From a virus, in IMG/VR virus record IMGVR_UViG_3300042359_000621: a stretch of DNA of 64,000 bases. The stretch is one strand, 5' to 3'. Positions 60,939 through 64,000 of the stretch are shown here, piece by piece. The notes beneath the pieces are model-generated. The model had not been told where the DNA came from, did not search any database, and saw nothing but the letters and a program-made list of their open reading frames with translations. Both the position numbers and the translations under genes were made by a program. How positions within the stretch are numbered: the first letter of the stretch is position 1; the number at the start of each line of letters is the position of its first letter.

Positions 60939-63746
60939 ATGATTACAACTCCCGTCATCAAAGCAAACCAATCTAACATGGCTCCCACCGAAGTTCAGAT
61001 GAAGTTAGCGATCGCGCAAGTCCTATCCCTTCCATTTGCCTACAACTCCCCCGTAATTGTCGTTGATTTTGAGGCAGGTAACGGGAATGTGATCAAGGGT
61101 AGATTTAAGGATGCCTCCCGACCCCGTATATTTGAATTTAAGATTGATGACTCCATAAGTTTTAAGTCATTTACCTGGAAAAGAATAGACAGCGCGGATA
61201 TCGATCCAGTGGTGTGGGAAGAATTTTCTAAAGGGTACACCTATCGGTATGACGCAGTTAAAACCAAGAGGAAGGAAAAACCTAAGTGTGGCAATACCTC
61301 CTACAATTGTGGCAAAGCCTGTATTGGGTTGAATAAAAACTGCAAATCAGATATACCGGATAAACCCTCCCAAGAAAAAGTCGATAAACTCAGAGCCGCA
61401 GCAGGGAAATTTAAAGCCGTTCAGGATGATCCAATCAAGAAGCAAGAAGATAATAAATTAACGCCAAAACCACCGGAAACAAAACCGACACTAGCGAACG
61501 AAGATAAAATGCGCGATACACTAAAGAAAGCTATCGCGGAAAATGAGTTGAATAAAAGTTTAGCAGAAACAGCTTATCAAAAATACCACCAGTATCAAAA
61601 CGGACTAAAAAATGAAGCAGAAGGTTTATCATCTCGGTCTATCGCTAGTTTATATCAAATCCCCCACGCCACTGCTGTAGCTAGAATTAACGGACTTAGA
61701 GAAGCTGTTGGACTAGGAGGGTCTAATGCTGTATCTGTTGACAAAGAATTAGGGGGAAGAATTAACGACCTTTTAAATAATGGGAAACAAATTAAAATTA
61801 ATTCGTCAGGCGGTCAACTAAAAGATCGGAAAAAAGAACCAAGTCAAACAACAATTAATGCTGACAAAAAATGGTCTGACTTTTTAGAATCTAAAAATGT
61901 TACAGAGAAAGGACTTAGAAAACTAGACCCTGAGACTAGAAAGAAAATTACAGAAGAATTTGAAAATACTCGGATTGAAGAAAGGGCTCAGGAGTCAAGC
62001 AAAAGGAAAGGTCTATCACTACCTGAAGACCCCAAACCATCCCCAAATTCAACAGGGGTTAAGGGTGCGGGGGGTAAGACACTTGACCTAAAAGATTTGT
62101 GGCAACAGACAGCCGACGCTGCTTATTCTAAAAATAAAGATGGGGTCTCAAAAAATCTTGAGCAATGGAAAGAAGTTGTTAAAAAACTAGAGTCAGGGGA
62201 GGGAATTTCTAAAGATGTTAACTTAAACGAATACGAAAAGTTGATGGATAATTTAGAAAGAAAATTAGTCCTTAACCCAAAAGATCCGTCTAATGTCGAG
62301 TTTAAAAAAATTACTGGGTCTATTTATAGAACTCTTGACAAGGCTGTAAGATACGATCCGTTAACTCAGGAAGATTTAGAAAAAGCTCACCCCAACTTTA
62401 GACCCATCATGCAACGGATGAAAAAAACCGTTACCAAGGTAAACGAATTATCCGGTAAAAAACAGCAATTACAAAAGGAATTAGACACATTAAAACACAG
62501 ACAATCTTATAACGAGCTTATAGTCAAATCTAATTCAAGGCAATTTCGTGAAACGGCGATTGACAATAATTATAATGAGCTTAGGCTCCTTACGATGCGA
62601 AACCCGAATGACATGATAGAAGTCAGAAATCCAGTATCTAATCTCCCAGAAAGGACAGTATCCATCCCGACAAGGATTAATGAGATCAACAAAGATATTA
62701 GAGATTTGGCAGACGATAAAAAGGCTGTGGAGTCTTCAGATCGTGCTAAGGGCGAAATAGCTAAATTACAGACCAAAATTAAAGATGCTGAAAGTCGGGC
62801 AACTTCCTTAGATGGTGAAATTAAGGCGTTAAGAGAATCGAGAGGAACGGGATCTGTTTTATCAGAACCTAAGTCAGCCCCTATTCCTGCTGTAGCACAA
62901 AGAGCGATCGCTAAAACCAAGACTGACAAACCCCCTGTTAAATCGGTTGATCAACAATACAAGGATATTATTGCCAGTTCTAAAGATCCAAAAGGAACAG
63001 AGGAGGCTTTGTCATCGGCACTCAGAGGCGGTATAGGTGACTTCGAGAGAAAGAATTATAACGAGTATTTAACTGCGATAGCTTCTGGGACAGTCCCAAA
63101 AGGAATGGGAGACTATTATCAAAAGCAAATTGATAAATATAAGCCCGTTATTGATGCCGAAAACTTCATAAACGAGAGACGGCAAAAGGCAAAAGCAGGT
63201 GATTATGAAACAGAATCAGAAGCAGGGGTTTATATTCTTGATAAACTAAAACAAAAAGGCTACAAAGAGCATGAATATTATGATAGTCCAGACTATAAAA
63301 TGGATTATGACAAATTAAAAACCGTAATGAAGTCTATGGAATTACCTCCCCCTCTGTCTGGTAATATTCCTAGTAAGGAATTAAAACAGACACTAACTCA
63401 GGGGGATAAATTGCTAGTTAAAGAAAGCACTTATTCTATGATGGGAGGAAGTTCCCCTGCGGGTTATCGAATTGTTGACGGTGGCGAAGTTCTAAAAGTT
63501 AATGTCAAGAATGTTAAAACAAGAGTCCAGGGCGAGTATATGGGGAAACCTTATAAAAATGAGCCATCCCTTGCCCTTGATACAGTTACCCACGTCATCC
63601 GAGATGGTAAACGTTACAAAGTAGATGATTCTGATAGTTCCCCTAACGACTTAAAGCCTGAAGTTACTCAACCCCAGAAGGCAGTAAAACAAAAGTCAAT
63701 AAAACAAAAGGCGATAAAAGTTCAAGAGGTGCGATCGCAAGGTTAG
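60939..63746 (+). CDS. family member 3: shared N-terminal module plus 750-aa unrelated C-terminal region
   Basis: N-terminal ~175 aa is co-linear with member 2, with DNA stretches near-identical (e.g. AAACCTAAGTGTGGCAATACCTCCTA). Confidence 0.65.
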   Translation: MITTPVIKANQSNMAPTEVQMKLAIAQVLSLPFAYNSPVIVVDFEAGNGNVIKGRFKDASRPRIFEFKIDDSISFKSFTWKRIDSADIDPVVWEEFSKGYTYRYDAVKTKRKEKPKCGNTSYNCGKACIGLNKNCKSDIPDKPSQEKVDKLRAAAGKFKAVQDDPIKKQEDNKLTPKPPETKPTLANEDKMRDTLKKAIAENELNKSLAETAYQKYHQYQNGLKNEAEGLSSRSIASLYQIPHATAVARINGLREAVGLGGSNAVSVDKELGGRINDLLNNGKQIKINSSGGQLKDRKKEPSQTTINADKKWSDFLESKNVTEKGLRKLDPETRKKITEEFENTRIEERAQESSKRKGLSLPEDPKPSPNSTGVKGAGGKTLDLKDLWQQTADAAYSKNKDGVSKNLEQWKEVVKKLESGEGISKDVNLNEYEKLMDNLERKLVLNPKDPSNVEFKKITGSIYRTLDKAVRYDPLTQEDLEKAHPNFRPIMQRMKKTVTKVNELSGKKQQLQKELDTLKHRQSYNELIVKSNSRQFRETAIDNNYNELRLLTMRNPNDMIEVRNPVSNLPERTVSIPTRINEINKDIRDLADDKKAVESSDRAKGEIAKLQTKIKDAESRATSLDGEIKALRESRGTGSVLSEPKSAPIPAVAQRAIAKTKTDKPPVKSVDQQYKDIIASSKDPKGTEEALSSALRGGIGDFERKNYNEYLTAIASGTVPKGMGDYYQKQIDKYKPVIDAENFINERRQKAKAGDYETESEAGVYILDKLKQKGYKEHEYYDSPDYKMDYDKLKTVMKSMELPPPLSGNIPSKELKQTLTQGDKLLVKESTYSMMGGSSPAGYRIVDGGEVLKVNVKNVKTRVQGEYMGKPYKNEPSLALDTVTHVIRDGKRYKVDDSDSSPNDLKPEVTQPQKAVKQKSIKQKAIKVQEVRSQG

Positions 63747-63808
63747 TAGATGTTTCGGACGTTTCCATGTGTTAAAGCCTCCTTTTTTGTTTCGTTATAC
63801 TGAAGTCA

Positions 63809-63857
63809 GATATATTCTACTCTTAACCCCATGCTATCCCTAAAATTCGTTGCCAAC
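63809..63857 (+). repeat. copy 2 of the ~49-bp direct repeat
   Basis: See 60837-60885. Confidence 0.85.
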
Positions 63858-64000
63858 CAAGCCCAAAATTACCTCAATAAATTAATCAGAAAGTTTCAGA
63901 ACCTCACACCTGAACTGCATAAAGTCGGGCAGTTTATGGTGGCATCAACCGACGAGAACTTTCAAAAGGAACAGAGTCCTTACGGGGAGAAATGGGAACA
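63831..64000 (+). CDS. virion morphogenesis protein (Mu gpG-like), 5' partial
   Basis: ..STDENFQKEQSPYGEKWE.. resembles the F..E.sP.G..W motif of that family; runs off the window. Confidence 0.45.
   Translation, partial: MLSLKFVANQAQNYLNKLIRKFQNLTPELHKVGQFMVASTDENFQKEQSPYGEKWE

Overview
The window looks like most of a temperate cyanophage or phage-like element from a HIP1-rich cyanobacterium: I counted about 30 GCGATCGC octamers by eye against fewer than 1 expected. All calls come from reading the sequence and ORF translations; no database search was run. Layout: (1) 0-23.3 kb is a long leftward array of small early genes (KilA-N, RuvC-like resolvase, HTH proteins, ASCH). It is interrupted by an AT-rich cargo island (GH10-like hydrolase, two repeat proteins, KGG stress protein), an inverted Dam-type methyltransferase, and a ~6 kb membrane module. 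That module holds a TM-anchored FtsK-like ATPase fused to a GIY-YIG nuclease, a rhomboid protease and many tiny TM proteins. (2) 23.4-30.4 kb holds an XRE switch, a replication initiator with embedded iterons, DnaB and a C5-methyltransferase. (3) 30.4-30.9 kb is a decayed IscB gene (first 74 codons only) with its upstream structured omega/HEARO-like RNA apparently intact. (4) 32.9-34.2 kb is an attP-like tRNA 3' fragment, 10-bp arm repeats and a tyrosine integrase. (5) 35.1-35.9 kb carries tmk plus an unlisted 54-aa NblA-like gene. (6) 38.8-55 kb carries tail fibre and tail genes, TerL and portal; no sheath, tube or tape-measure protein was recognised. (7) 55.8-63.9 kb is the most unusual region. 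Three paralogous portal-proximal proteins share a ~175-aa N-terminal module but have unrelated C-termini, one an R-S-E ADP-ribosyltransferase. The region also has orphan N-terminal stubs, duplicated junctions, and a two-gene PD-(D/E)XK nuclease module. That nuclease module has a paralogous copy 23 kb away and a covarying 5' leader hairpin.
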